Below, in pieces: positions 40,310-49,414 of a stretch of 64,000 nucleotides of DNA. The translations under genes and the position numbers were made by a program. Under the pieces are notes generated by a model. That model made no database searches and had not been told where the DNA came from. It saw only the letters and a program-made list of their open reading frames with translations. Within the stretch, counting starts at the first letter, position 1, and each line of letters begins with the position of its first letter. Origin of the DNA: a virus; IMG/VR virus record IMGVR_UViG_3300007352_000398; one strand, given 5' to 3'.

Positions 40310-40660
40310 ATGTATGTTAAACAGAAAACATCATATAACGGCTTCGGCTGGATTGCAGAAACAGTAATAGGAGTAGCGCAGGCTGCTGCCCTCGGGACAG
40401 CATCTGCCATTCAGTACGATAAAATAAAAAAACAACAAAAAAAGACAAAAACTTCTCTTCTTGCAACCCAAAATAAGGCTTTAACTGAACAACAGCAGTT
40501 GCTCGCGGAAAAAGAAAGAGCTTTACTGAGCCAACAAGAAACAGAAATGTGGTCGGAGCAGCAACTTAAGTCAACAGTAATATCGGTAATAGTCGTGGCT
40601 GTGATTGCTAGTATTATTGGAGTTGTCGCATTTGTTAAAGTAGGAACCAAAAATGAGTAA
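40310..40660 (+). CDS. Membrane protein, hydrophobic N-helix, Gln-rich coil, C-terminal TM
   Basis: YNGFG-WIAETVIGVAQAAALG, EQQQ coil and TM. Confidence 0.7.
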   Translation: MYVKQKTSYNGFGWIAETVIGVAQAAALGTASAIQYDKIKKQQKKTKTSLLATQNKALTEQQQLLAEKERALLSQQETEMWSEQQLKSTVISVIVVAVIASIIGVVAFVKVGTKNE

Positions 40661-40979
40661 TCTTGGTCAACTAATGTCAGTCATTAATTTAGTTAACCAA
40701 GTTGGTTACGCAATTGGGCAAGGAGTTATTGGTACTCAAAGAGTTAAAGGTGACGTTAAGCTAGAAAAACTACGAGAACAACACAGGAAAGAACTAGAAA
40801 CCGGAGAATTATCATTCCGTGAAAAAGAACTTGCCTTGAAATTACAATCTGCGGCTCGGCAGGATCAACTTTATAAGAATATTGCAATATATACAGGCAT
40901 CGGAATCACCCTTGTAATAGGTATAATTACCATTAGCGCAGTTTACTTTTCAAAAAAGGAGAAAGGAAAGCGGAAATGA
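40653..40979 (+). CDS. Membrane protein, hydrophobic N-helix, coil, C-terminal TM
   Basis: MSNLG-QLMSVINLVNQVG, coil, TM plus KKEK. Confidence 0.7.
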   Translation: MSNLGQLMSVINLVNQVGYAIGQGVIGTQRVKGDVKLEKLREQHRKELETGELSFREKELALKLQSAARQDQLYKNIAIYTGIGITLVIGIITISAVYFSKKEKGKRK

Positions 40980-41224
40980 GTTATCAGACTATGCGAGGAC
41001 TAGGAGCTTTTGGAAAAGGCCCTCCAATGCCGCCCCCAGAGCCGCCCCCACCTGATGTCGCACCTACAATTACTCCTGAAGTCGAACTTGATATTCTGCG
41101 GCAAACACTTCCTGCAGCTCAACCAGAACCAAGTACAATGCGTTCATATGCAATGCCTCTTTTAGTTGGCGGAAGTGTATTGCTTTTAGGAACTATTGGT
41201 TTGATTTTAATGCTACGAGTTTAG
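40976..41224 (+). CDS. Pro-rich tail-anchored protein
   Basis: MRGLGAFGKG (as in 2935..3585), poly-Pro and C-terminal TM. Confidence 0.7.
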   Translation: MSYQTMRGLGAFGKGPPMPPPEPPPPDVAPTITPEVELDILRQTLPAAQPEPSTMRSYAMPLLVGGSVLLLGTIGLILMLRV

Positions 41225-41250
41225 TAGCAATAAATTGTTAAAATGATTTT

Positions 41251-42432
41251 ATGGCATGGAAAGAAACTCTCTTATACTACAAGCAATCACCCTATCAAAG
41301 AATTGCTTTTTTTACTGAAGCTGATGGGTCATTCTCTCTCACATTAGACGACTATTGGCAATTCAACAGTAAAGTAGAACACATCTATCACGAATGTTTG
41401 TTTACTCTTCCAGGACTTTTCCCCAAGAATCTAGAAAATATTCTTGTACTTGGTGGTGGTGACGGACTTGGTGCACGAGAAATACTTAAATTTCCTACAG
41501 TAAAAAGAATTGATGTCATTGATCTTGATCCAGAGATCATAAAATTTGCAAAAACTAATTTGTGGATGAAAGCGATGAATGAAAACAGTTTCAACAATCG
41601 TAAAGTAAACATTGAAACTGTTGATGCCAAAAAATGGCTTGAAGGGCCAGTCACCATTAAATATGATTTAGTAATAATTGATTTCCCTGACCCAACCTCA
41701 GATCAGCTTTGGGAGCTGTACACATCCAAATTGTATAAGCGGGTTGCAAGCCGACTAAGGCCAGAAGGTATTGTTGCTATACAAGCGTCTACCTACAATA
41801 CAAAGGCATTTGAATACATTTTTACACAATTAGACAAAGTGTTCCCTTACATTTTAGGTTACCACACTGGCTCACCATCTGTTTTTTGTGGATTCTTTCT
41901 CTGCTCACCCCTACCAATCAGAAAAGTTCGCCAAATACCCGATCATTGCAAATGGCTTAACGCCAATCTTATAAATCAAATTCTAGGATTACCATTGGCA
42001 AATCCAGATAATCTAGGGCGTCCCAAAAAGGCTCAAAACAAAGCAAAACAGAAAAATTTTGCTTATGCAAAACAGTTACGATGTGCAACCCGCCCAGGCA
42101 ACTTATCAGAGTGGGAAGGTTTTGGTAAAGCCGCTATGTTACCTCCGCCCACCCCGCCCCCACCTGCGCCAACTACGGTAGCTGCCCAAACACCGATTCA
42201 ATCTACTCCACTACCAGTGGCCCCTGCGCCAGCTCTACAGTCCACACTTGTACCCCCCGCTCTACCTTTACCACCCTCCGCAGCAATCACTCCATCTGTA
42301 TCGCCAATCGTTGAAGACACGTATATAGAACCTGAGGAAGCTCGCCCTCGCGCCCTAATAACAAATCCTGCAATTGTAGGAATAATAGCATTGGTTGTAA
42401 CTCTGCCAATACTATTTCTCATTGCCAAATAA
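41251..42432 (+). CDS. speE: Spermidine synthase fused to Pro-rich linker and C-terminal membrane anchor
   Basis: QSPYQRI, LDDYWQF, EHIYHE, LVLGGGDGLGAREIL, IDLDPEI and IIDFPDP; then EGFG, poly-Pro and TM. Confidence 0.9.
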   Translation: MAWKETLLYYKQSPYQRIAFFTEADGSFSLTLDDYWQFNSKVEHIYHECLFTLPGLFPKNLENILVLGGGDGLGAREILKFPTVKRIDVIDLDPEIIKFAKTNLWMKAMNENSFNNRKVNIETVDAKKWLEGPVTIKYDLVIIDFPDPTSDQLWELYTSKLYKRVASRLRPEGIVAIQASTYNTKAFEYIFTQLDKVFPYILGYHTGSPSVFCGFFLCSPLPIRKVRQIPDHCKWLNANLINQILGLPLANPDNLGRPKKAQNKAKQKNFAYAKQLRCATRPGNLSEWEGFGKAAMLPPPTPPPPAPTTVAAQTPIQSTPLPVAPAPALQSTLVPPALPLPPSAAITPSVSPIVEDTYIEPEEARPRALITNPAIVGIIALVVTLPILFLIAK

Positions 42433-42791
42433 TGGATCATAAAACTACTGCCACGCATTATGTCGCTGACTTTTTCGAAATCGAAAATTCATATTTACTA
42501 GATAACATGGATTATTGCTATCAAATGCTCATAATTGCTGTGCAATTAGCTGGTTGTGGCATTCTAAATGTATACAAACACAAATTCGAGCCACAAGGCA
42601 TTAGTATTACTGCGACACTTTCGGAAAGTCACTGTACCATCCATACATGGCCTGAAAAGGCATACTGTGCAATTGACCTTTATGGCTGTGGTCGCTCAGA
42701 TTTATCCAAGGGTATTCAGTATTTTGAAGAATGTTTAAAACCGAAAAATACAAAGATAACTGTGTTAAAACGAGGACACGATGAAAACTGA
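42432..42791 (+). CDS. speD: S-adenosylmethionine decarboxylase proenzyme (short SpeH-type)
   Basis: HKFEPQGI, LSESH autocleavage motif and IHTWPE..Y.AIDLYGCG. Confidence 0.92.
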   Translation: MDHKTTATHYVADFFEIENSYLLDNMDYCYQMLIIAVQLAGCGILNVYKHKFEPQGISITATLSESHCTIHTWPEKAYCAIDLYGCGRSDLSKGIQYFEECLKPKNTKITVLKRGHDEN

Positions 42792-43155
42792 TACTCTTAA
42801 ATCATCAGATGAACTATTAATAAGTAAATCTTTAGCTTTGTTATCGTCGGCAATCCCAGAACAACGGAGCGACGCCCTTCAATATTACTTTGAAGCAATT
42901 CAAACTTTAAAAAAGGTAAATACTTGGGAGGTAAAACCAGTTATCGAAAAATTGAATATGCTTTATATGTATCCTGGTCGAAAATTGCATAATAAGTCTA
43001 TTAAAGAGTTGCATTTAATATATGAAAAGTTACAAGAAGCAAGAATTGATAAAACTTTGCAAAGCAAATTAGCTGAAACCGAACAGCCCATTTCGATCAA
43101 TAAATACCTGCTAATAGGATTGTTGATTTATTTAGTAACACTCATTAACCGTTGA
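42781..43155 (+). CDS. Helical tail-anchored protein
   Basis: C-terminal TM KYLLIGLLIYLVTLINR. Confidence 0.6.
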   Translation: MKTDTLKSSDELLISKSLALLSSAIPEQRSDALQYYFEAIQTLKKVNTWEVKPVIEKLNMLYMYPGRKLHNKSIKELHLIYEKLQEARIDKTLQSKLAETEQPISINKYLLIGLLIYLVTLINR

Positions 43156-43655
43156 TACACCACATTCCAATCCAAGCTATTAATAAACTTTTTAATATAT
43201 GCCTCCTTATCAGTGCCGTAATCCATAAAATATGCATGCTCATACATGTCTAACACAATTAGAGGCACCATATCAACAACAGAAGCATCATGAGAATCTG
43301 TCAATATATTATACAGGCGTCCATCATAAGTATTAACTGCCATAAAAGCCCACCCTGCCGGACGGCATCCCTTAGCTGTTTCTTGAAAATCGTGATTCCA
43401 ATTCTGGTAACTACCAAAACTTTCGGCCATTAATTCTCGAAACTTTTTTGGCATTTGCAGATATGGGATTCTATCTTTTGTTGCTTCTAAATGCTCGAAA
43501 TACAATGCGTGCAATCTTGCCCCAGCGTAGCTGTAATTAAAATCTTTCTTCCATTCTCGGCTTGGTAATGGTTTTTCCAACAATTTTGAAGTTTTAGAAA
43601 TATAGCCAACATAAAGTTTTCGATGCTCGTCATATTGTCTTTGTGAGACGATCAT
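43128..43655 (-). CDS. Fe/Mn superoxide dismutase (start revised to ATG 43655)
   Basis: Metal ligands in EHRKLY, LHALYF and LDMYEHAY; GWA; TATCAT lies 5 nt before ATG. Confidence 0.88.
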   Translation of the reverse strand: MIVSQRQYDEHRKLYVGYISKTSKLLEKPLPSREWKKDFNYSYAGARLHALYFEHLEATKDRIPYLQMPKKFRELMAESFGSYQNWNHDFQETAKGCRPAGWAFMAVNTYDGRLYNILTDSHDASVVDMVPLIVLDMYEHAYFMDYGTDKEAYIKKFINSLDWNVVYQRLMSVTK

Positions 43656-43707
43656 ACTGTATGATAACACTTCTTGTCCTATTTATTAAAATAGTATAAT
43701 TAAATGG

Positions 43708-44880
43708 ATGATTGTCTGCGCAGTCTGCAACTTAGAGTTCACACCAAAATGTCATAACGCAAAATATTGCAGTGATATCTGTAAGCTTACAGGCGCAAAA
43801 CTGGCAACTAAAAAACGTAACCAGCACATTATAAAAGAACAGAAAATATATGATAAAACTTGTAAACAATGCTTAACGCCATTTACAACAATTGAACATC
43901 GGAAAAAATATTGCAGTTCAACATGTGCTAACATTAGAAGAAATACAAATAGAAGAATTATATATAAGCACCGATTAGAAAATAATATATGTCCGCATTG
44001 CTCCTGCCGACAGACTCTTCCTGGATTTGCATCATGTCAGCATTGCAAAGATTCAGTAATACAATGCAAGCTCCAGCAACGAGCTACCGCAATAACTATT
44101 GGTCGATGCCGCGACTGCCACGAACCAGCGGTTGAAAATAAACTATTTTGCGAAGAATGTTTAAAAAAGGCAACCATTCGAACTAGTATAAATATTCAAC
44201 ATAGAAAAGAGCAACACTTGTGTCTCAGATGCCGATCACCTCTCTACGCTGACTACAATAAATTTATTTGCGCAACGTGTTTAGCTGATGAAAATCAAAA
44301 AAATTTTCAAATAAAATTAGCGGTGTTTAATCATTATGGCATGGAATGTCAATGCTGTGGTGAGGCTCAATTAGATTTCTTATCCTTAGATCACATTGAA
44401 GGAGGTGGTAACTCCCATCGAAAGGCTATACTCGATCAAGAACACTACACCGGTGGCGGTGGGGGGATTACAACCTATAAATGGATAGTGAAACATAATT
44501 TTCCTCTGGGATTTCAAACATTATGTTTTAACTGCAATTTTGCGACATACTTTAATAAGGGAGTCTGTCCGCACGCAGGTATGTTACAAGTAAATATGAC
44601 TAGTGATTATAACAAACTCAAAACAAAAGTATTCAGCCATTACGGTATGCGATGCAATTGTTGTGGAGAAAACAATTACTTATTCTTAAGTATAGACCAC
44701 GTTCTCGGCGATGGCGCACAGCATCGAAGAGAGGAAAATATAGGAGGAGGAAATAAGTTATATCTCTGGCTTGTTAAGAACAACTATCCCTCCGATTTTC
44801 AGTTATTGTGCCATAATTGTAACCAGTCCAAAGGAACAGGTCCGTTATGTGCGCATAAAAATGTTATAATTACCACATGA
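43708..44880 (+). CDS. Cys-rich protein with tandem duplicated HNH endonuclease-like domains
   Basis: Several CxxC / KYCS..C modules, then two copies of VF.HYG..C.CCGE....FLS.DH..G.G...H...FQ.LC.NCN. Confidence 0.75.
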   Translation: MIVCAVCNLEFTPKCHNAKYCSDICKLTGAKLATKKRNQHIIKEQKIYDKTCKQCLTPFTTIEHRKKYCSSTCANIRRNTNRRIIYKHRLENNICPHCSCRQTLPGFASCQHCKDSVIQCKLQQRATAITIGRCRDCHEPAVENKLFCEECLKKATIRTSINIQHRKEQHLCLRCRSPLYADYNKFICATCLADENQKNFQIKLAVFNHYGMECQCCGEAQLDFLSLDHIEGGGNSHRKAILDQEHYTGGGGGITTYKWIVKHNFPLGFQTLCFNCNFATYFNKGVCPHAGMLQVNMTSDYNKLKTKVFSHYGMRCNCCGENNYLFLSIDHVLGDGAQHRREENIGGGNKLYLWLVKNNYPSDFQLLCHNCNQSKGTGPLCAHKNVIITT

Positions 44881-45287
44881 AACGCACTTTGGGGCAATAT
44901 ACTTATTGGAATCCACCTGCATATTACCAGGCGATGGAACATGATCCGACTCAAATTCCAACCCAATATCCATATGGAGGAGGATCTTGGGGGCCATATG
45001 GTCCTTGGTACGGATGGGCCTTTGGTCAGAGAACCTTCGAAAAAGAGGACGCAGATAGACGGGCTCGTGAACAAGCTCAAGCGATGCTTCTTCGTTCAGA
45101 AATTTCTAGTGATCCAAAAGATAAATACATTACCCCAGAAGGAAGATTGAACCCTGGCATTGCTGTCGCGCTACAAAAAGCTCAACAATCTATGCAACCT
45201 CGCCCAGAGGATATGGCTAAAAGTTTACAAAAAAAGATTGTCATCACATTACTAGTAAGTACAGTTATTGCGGCCCTATTGAGGTAA
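44877..45287 (+). CDS. Tail-anchored protein with Gly/Trp/Pro/Tyr repeats
   Basis: MKRTLGQ, WGPYGPWYGWAFGQ and C-terminal TM. Confidence 0.7.
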   Translation: MKRTLGQYTYWNPPAYYQAMEHDPTQIPTQYPYGGGSWGPYGPWYGWAFGQRTFEKEDADRRAREQAQAMLLRSEISSDPKDKYITPEGRLNPGIAVALQKAQQSMQPRPEDMAKSLQKKIVITLLVSTVIAALLR

Positions 45288-45288
45288 T

Positions 45289-45588
45289 ATGCTTTGGGAC
45301 ACCGATGTCAAAACTCAATCAGTTTCTTATTCCTTAGATGAATTACTTCGTAGAGCCACTCTTAAATTAAAGGTAAATGACAGAGAAATTCTAATGGGTT
45401 CAGACGTGTGGGGTAAATTTCCATTATTAGTAAAACGTATCAACGCATTCAATAAATTAAAACAAAAAGGTGTGTTAAGCGTTAAAGTTTATTACGCCCC
45501 AGCTTACTTTTCACGCTATTGGAATAATCCTCAGCTACTAGATCCTTTGCATTTAGAGAATGTTCTTCAGTACGAAGCATCGAGTTAA
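45289..45588 (+). CDS. Hypothetical protein
   Basis: Follows the previous stop by 1 nt; overlaps the 3' end of a convergent ORF. Confidence 0.5.
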   Translation: MLWDTDVKTQSVSYSLDELLRRATLKLKVNDREILMGSDVWGKFPLLVKRINAFNKLKQKGVLSVKVYYAPAYFSRYWNNPQLLDPLHLENVLQYEASS

Positions 45589-46129
45589 TCTGATTTTTTA
45601 AATATGCAGCGTCTAATTTTTTCATATATTTTCCCCCTAAAACCCCACGTATAGTTGGAAACCACAAATCTACCTTGTCAGCAATAAAAGTTGTTTTTTC
45701 TGGCATTCCATAATCATAAAGTCGTTGAGAAATACGCTTTAATCGTTTGTTGAATTCACTTATATTTGTGGTGTTAAGGTCTGTAAACTCTACTAGAGGG
45801 ACGTACTGACTCATATTTTGAACTTTTGAATTGAACTCTGAAACTTCAATTTCTGTGTATGCGGGCGTACAATATGCAGCGATCGGATAGATAAACCCAT
45901 ATTCACATTTATTTTTCTTTTTAAGATTAAAAATCTGTTCGAAATGTTGCTGATAAACAGAATACTGTCCGATATACAAATTTAATTTGTCATCAAAGCA
46001 AAAAATGTGACGAAACTTTGCATGCTCCCATTGCTGATAAGGGTTCATATAAAACCCTATACTTCTAATTACTTCGCCTGGCGAATAGTACCAATCAAAT
46101 AAAGCTTTAAAGGCAGCAACTTCCGACAC
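45482..46129 (-). CDS. Hypothetical protein
   Basis: 215-aa ORF with natural composition. Confidence 0.55.
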   Translation of the reverse strand: MSEVAAFKALFDWYYSPGEVIRSIGFYMNPYQQWEHAKFRHIFCFDDKLNLYIGQYSVYQQHFEQIFNLKKKNKCEYGFIYPIAAYCTPAYTEIEVSEFNSKVQNMSQYVPLVEFTDLNTTNISEFNKRLKRISQRLYDYGMPEKTTFIADKVDLWFPTIRGVLGGKYMKKLDAAYLKNQINSMLRTEEHSLNAKDLVAEDYSNSVKSKLGRNKL

Positions 46130-46168
46130 ACTTAGAGTGTCCGCATTTGATAGCGACTTTTCAAGTCG

Positions 46169-46471
46169 TTAAAATTTAAAATATTTACAAACTGCATAAC
46201 CTAAACCGGCGGCACTTATTAGTAATACCGGTAGGGGTACCCGGGCCAAGTGTTCCCAAAGCCCTAATTCTGTGAGAACGTCAGCGGGCGGAATTTCACT
46301 TTCAATGTAGTATTTATCAATTACGGAGTCGATGTCATTATCTCCAAGTGATCGTCTAATTTTATCGACAACCTGTGAGACCTTATACTTTTTCTCAAGA
46401 TCTGCTCGAGACTCGTAAAAAATAGGAGTCGTAGCATCTCGACGAAGATCACGTAATTGCTGAGATTTCAT
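46169..46471 (-). CDS. Tail-anchored protein
   Basis: C-terminal TM plus KYFKF. Confidence 0.6.
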   Translation of the reverse strand: MKSQQLRDLRRDATTPIFYESRADLEKKYKVSQVVDKIRRSLGDNDIDSVIDKYYIESEIPPADVLTELGLWEHLARVPLPVLLISAAGLGYAVCKYFKF

Positions 46472-46779
46472 TATCTCTTAGCCCTCTTTACTTTAATAAG
46501 CAATAACACTACTAAGCCAGCGAGCAGTGTCTTAGTACTCCATCCATAAAACTCATTAGGTAAAAAGTCTCCTGACTGAACTTGTGCTAAGATATCTGTC
46601 TGCCCAAATCCCTCTAACTGTCCTGTTCGAGAAGCAGAGGCGACAATCAATCTCTCCGCTTCTGTTCCATATCGCGTAATATCAATAAGTGGCTCCTGGC
46701 GTTTAGACAGAGCAACACCTTTCTTTAATTTATTAATAATGTTTCGATAGTTCATTTGACTATTAATGTTGATTTTCAT
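46471..46779 (-). CDS. Tail-anchored protein
   Basis: LEGFGQ, then short linker and TM plus basic tail. Confidence 0.65.
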   Translation of the reverse strand: MKININSQMNYRNIINKLKKGVALSKRQEPLIDITRYGTEAERLIVASASRTGQLEGFGQTDILAQVQSGDFLPNEFYGWSTKTLLAGLVVLLLIKVKRAKR

Positions 46780-47462
46780 ATGCCACTACCACTCCAAAAA
46801 TCTTCGTTATTATGTCTACCCCAATAACGACCTCTTGAACGCTCCCAATTTCTTTGACTGCCGCTCCAACGATCCCCGCCCCACCGTCTCATTGGATTTT
46901 TAGAAAAAATTGATTTGAACAGTCCAACCCCTTCTTCTGGGTTTCTAGCAAATATTGATCTAAACAATCCAGTGCCCACGTCTCCTGTTGCAGTGTTTAT
47001 TGGCGGCTCAGGATTACCGCGGCATAATGGGCACTCTCGATGATAATTATGACTGTCCCTCATATTACGTCGCCACGGTTTAGCGGACCAACGTTGCGGA
47101 TTTCTCCGCAATTTAGAAATTGTCCGCTGATAATGAGAATCATCTAGAAACTCGTGATCGTCATCTTCTAGCGGATTATACAGTTTTGGTCCCCACGGAT
47201 CTCCATTTGGAGCTGGATTTCTCCTCCAGCCGCGTCGAGCCCCAGGACACATACATTCCATGGGATCCCCTCCGCAACCACAACCACAAGCTGCTCGTCC
47301 ACAGCCAGCGCAAGGACTCCACCTGGCTGTTCTATCAGGATTAAAGGCGACTAACCTTGAAGTATCTAAATTACGTCGTCTAAAAGCTAACAATCTATTT
47401 GTATCCAAATTATATCGATAGGGCGTAGATCTCTGCCGCCAACGCGGTTGGTAGTGTCTCAT
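46776..47462 (-). CDS. Arg/Trp/Cys-rich protein with recurrent RRNP-like motifs
   Basis: Seven NP dipeptides mostly after basic residues, two internal duplications and a Cys/Gly cluster; TATCAT lies 6 nt upstream. Confidence 0.7.
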   Translation of the reverse strand: MRHYQPRWRQRSTPYRYNLDTNRLLAFRRRNLDTSRLVAFNPDRTARWSPCAGCGRAACGCGCGGDPMECMCPGARRGWRRNPAPNGDPWGPKLYNPLEDDDHEFLDDSHYQRTISKLRRNPQRWSAKPWRRNMRDSHNYHRECPLCRGNPEPPINTATGDVGTGLFRSIFARNPEEGVGLFKSIFSKNPMRRWGGDRWSGSQRNWERSRGRYWGRHNNEDFWSGSGI

Positions 47463-47494
47463 GGTTAAATGATATCAAATAAGTCTATATAGAG

Positions 47495-48133
47495 CTATCT
47501 TTTTCTAAGCCACCAGACACCAGCAACTACTAAAATAAGTAACAACACCCATTTAGAACTTGCCGTTGAGATCGAACCTAATCCATCGCCTGATTTTTTG
47601 TTTTTTAAACTTGAATCATAAAGTTTTTCGTCAGGTCTATCGAGTTTTTTACCATATCGATCAAAAAGAGGATATCCTTTGCGGACTCGGTATGCTGTGC
47701 CCGCATAAGCATAGATACCTCCGGTATTCTTATTGTCTTCAACAACCTTTTTAACGATGTTGTCTAATTCCGGTGTATTCTTGCCATACAACTCATATAA
47801 TCTATTTAAATCACGCACTTTAATATATGCGACTGGGTAGTTTGTTAATAGATGCTGGATAACTTCCAATTGAATTTTTAACTTCTTAAGCCGTTTACCA
47901 GCTTCTGGATCATATCCTAAAACCTTTATCGATTGCTCCCCGGCCTCGACTTGCATAGAAACACGATCAGCCTCCCGTCGTAGATTCACAGAAAAATCTG
48001 GATTACTAAGATTTGTCAGAAGAGGTTCCAACTTATAACTAGCTACGTCCTCTATAGTTTGAGGTACGTCAACATTCACATTAAATCCCTGTCCCGTTGA
48101 ATATCGGTATAGGGCGTGTCGATACGTTTCCAT
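47495..48133 (-). CDS. Tail-anchored protein
   Basis: GDGLGS followed by C-terminal TM plus RKR. Confidence 0.7.
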   Translation of the reverse strand: METYRHALYRYSTGQGFNVNVDVPQTIEDVASYKLEPLLTNLSNPDFSVNLRREADRVSMQVEAGEQSIKVLGYDPEAGKRLKKLKIQLEVIQHLLTNYPVAYIKVRDLNRLYELYGKNTPELDNIVKKVVEDNKNTGGIYAYAGTAYRVRKGYPLFDRYGKKLDRPDEKLYDSSLKNKKSGDGLGSISTASSKWVLLLILVVAGVWWLRKR

Positions 48134-48147
48134 AGTATAATTATATA

Positions 48148-49146
48148 CTAAACACCAACTTTTTTAATGCGTTTTGTTCTCTTTATAATAGGGATTAATC
48201 GTCCAGTCTCTTCAAGTGGTTTGCTTTTTTTAACAATCGCGTCTGCGGATTCCTTAAATAAATCCTTTTCTTCAACTTTGTGCAATTCTCTCCGTGGTTT
48301 ACGTTCTACTTTTTTTTCTTTCTTAAGAAAAGGCTCGACAGTTTTTGCTTCAACGTCTAACACAGTCTCAGGTTTTACATCATTTGATGATGGGAGTTCA
48401 GGCATTTTGAAGTCTACTCTTGGACGAATATTAAGTTCATTGTATGACGTATCCATAGTTCTCAATAAAGCTTTTTCCTCAGAATCCCACTCATCATTCA
48501 TATTTTCAGCAGTTTTCTTCTTAACAGGTTTCACCTTTTTATTGGAAACTTTACCCTTAATCACGTCTAAATAGTTACCAGAAAATTCGGGATCTTTAGT
48601 CATCTGACTGAATGCTTGGTATTTTTGAATAGACCTAATAGTTCTTTCAAATGAGGACTCTGCATCGCCAGGATTTTCAAGCTTCTTAACTTCCTTATCC
48701 CTTGTAAAAAACTTCTTGTAAAAGAGGAACATCGATCCAGCAGTCACTAAGGCTGAACTAGCCGCAAAAACTGGTTTCTGTTTAATCCAGTTAACTAGTG
48801 CCATTGTTCCTTTTTCAGCCAACCCTTGCAACTGAGACCCAGGCAAGGCTCTAACCTCTTCAGGGGAACTCAATTTACACTTTATCTGCGATAAAATCAT
48901 CGCTAAATCGCGATACTTCTGATCGATCGAGTCCAATTCTTGAGGATAAGCGTGATACATTTGGATTTCGCGAGCTTGTTTTTTTCTAAGAATACTAGCA
49001 ATAGCATCCTTCGCATAAACTTCATCTTTTCTCTCTGTAACATCCATCAGATGAATAATTGTATTCTTTAAAGTGATAAAATCACTAGCTGATTCTAACG
49101 TGTATAATCCTTTTTTGAATAATTCTATGTGTTCGATTGATGGCAT
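48148..49146 (-). CDS. Membrane-associated protein with central TM and charged C-terminal half
   Basis: PVFAASSALVTAGSMFLFYKK followed by KLENPG. Confidence 0.65.
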   Translation of the reverse strand: MPSIEHIELFKKGLYTLESASDFITLKNTIIHLMDVTERKDEVYAKDAIASILRKKQAREIQMYHAYPQELDSIDQKYRDLAMILSQIKCKLSSPEEVRALPGSQLQGLAEKGTMALVNWIKQKPVFAASSALVTAGSMFLFYKKFFTRDKEVKKLENPGDAESSFERTIRSIQKYQAFSQMTKDPEFSGNYLDVIKGKVSNKKVKPVKKKTAENMNDEWDSEEKALLRTMDTSYNELNIRPRVDFKMPELPSSNDVKPETVLDVEAKTVEPFLKKEKKVERKPRRELHKVEEKDLFKESADAIVKKSKPLEETGRLIPIIKRTKRIKKVGV

Positions 49147-49409
49147 TAGTCACTCCACAGACGTTTTTTAATTTCTGCTTGGATCTTACCAAACTTAGTA
49201 CCAACTTTAAAAGTTATGTACATAAGAACTATAAGCCCAGCAACTGTCAAAGCACTCCGATAAGGAAAACTAACTACGGCGTCTTTCACGGCTTTTACAT
49301 CATCCGCCACCCCGTTGAAGGATGCACTTCGAAGTGGATTAAATACTTCGTTTGATCCTATGCCACGAGAATAATCCTGCGCTTTAAATACCCTATCAAC
49401 TCTAATCAT
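49146..49409 (-). CDS. Small membrane protein
   Basis: TM ALTVAGLIVLMYITF; TAATG coupling to the next gene. Confidence 0.6.
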   Translation of the reverse strand: MIRVDRVFKAQDYSRGIGSNEVFNPLRSASFNGVADDVKAVKDAVVSFPYRSALTVAGLIVLMYITFKVGTKFGKIQAEIKKRLWSD

Positions 49410-49414
49410 CCCAG

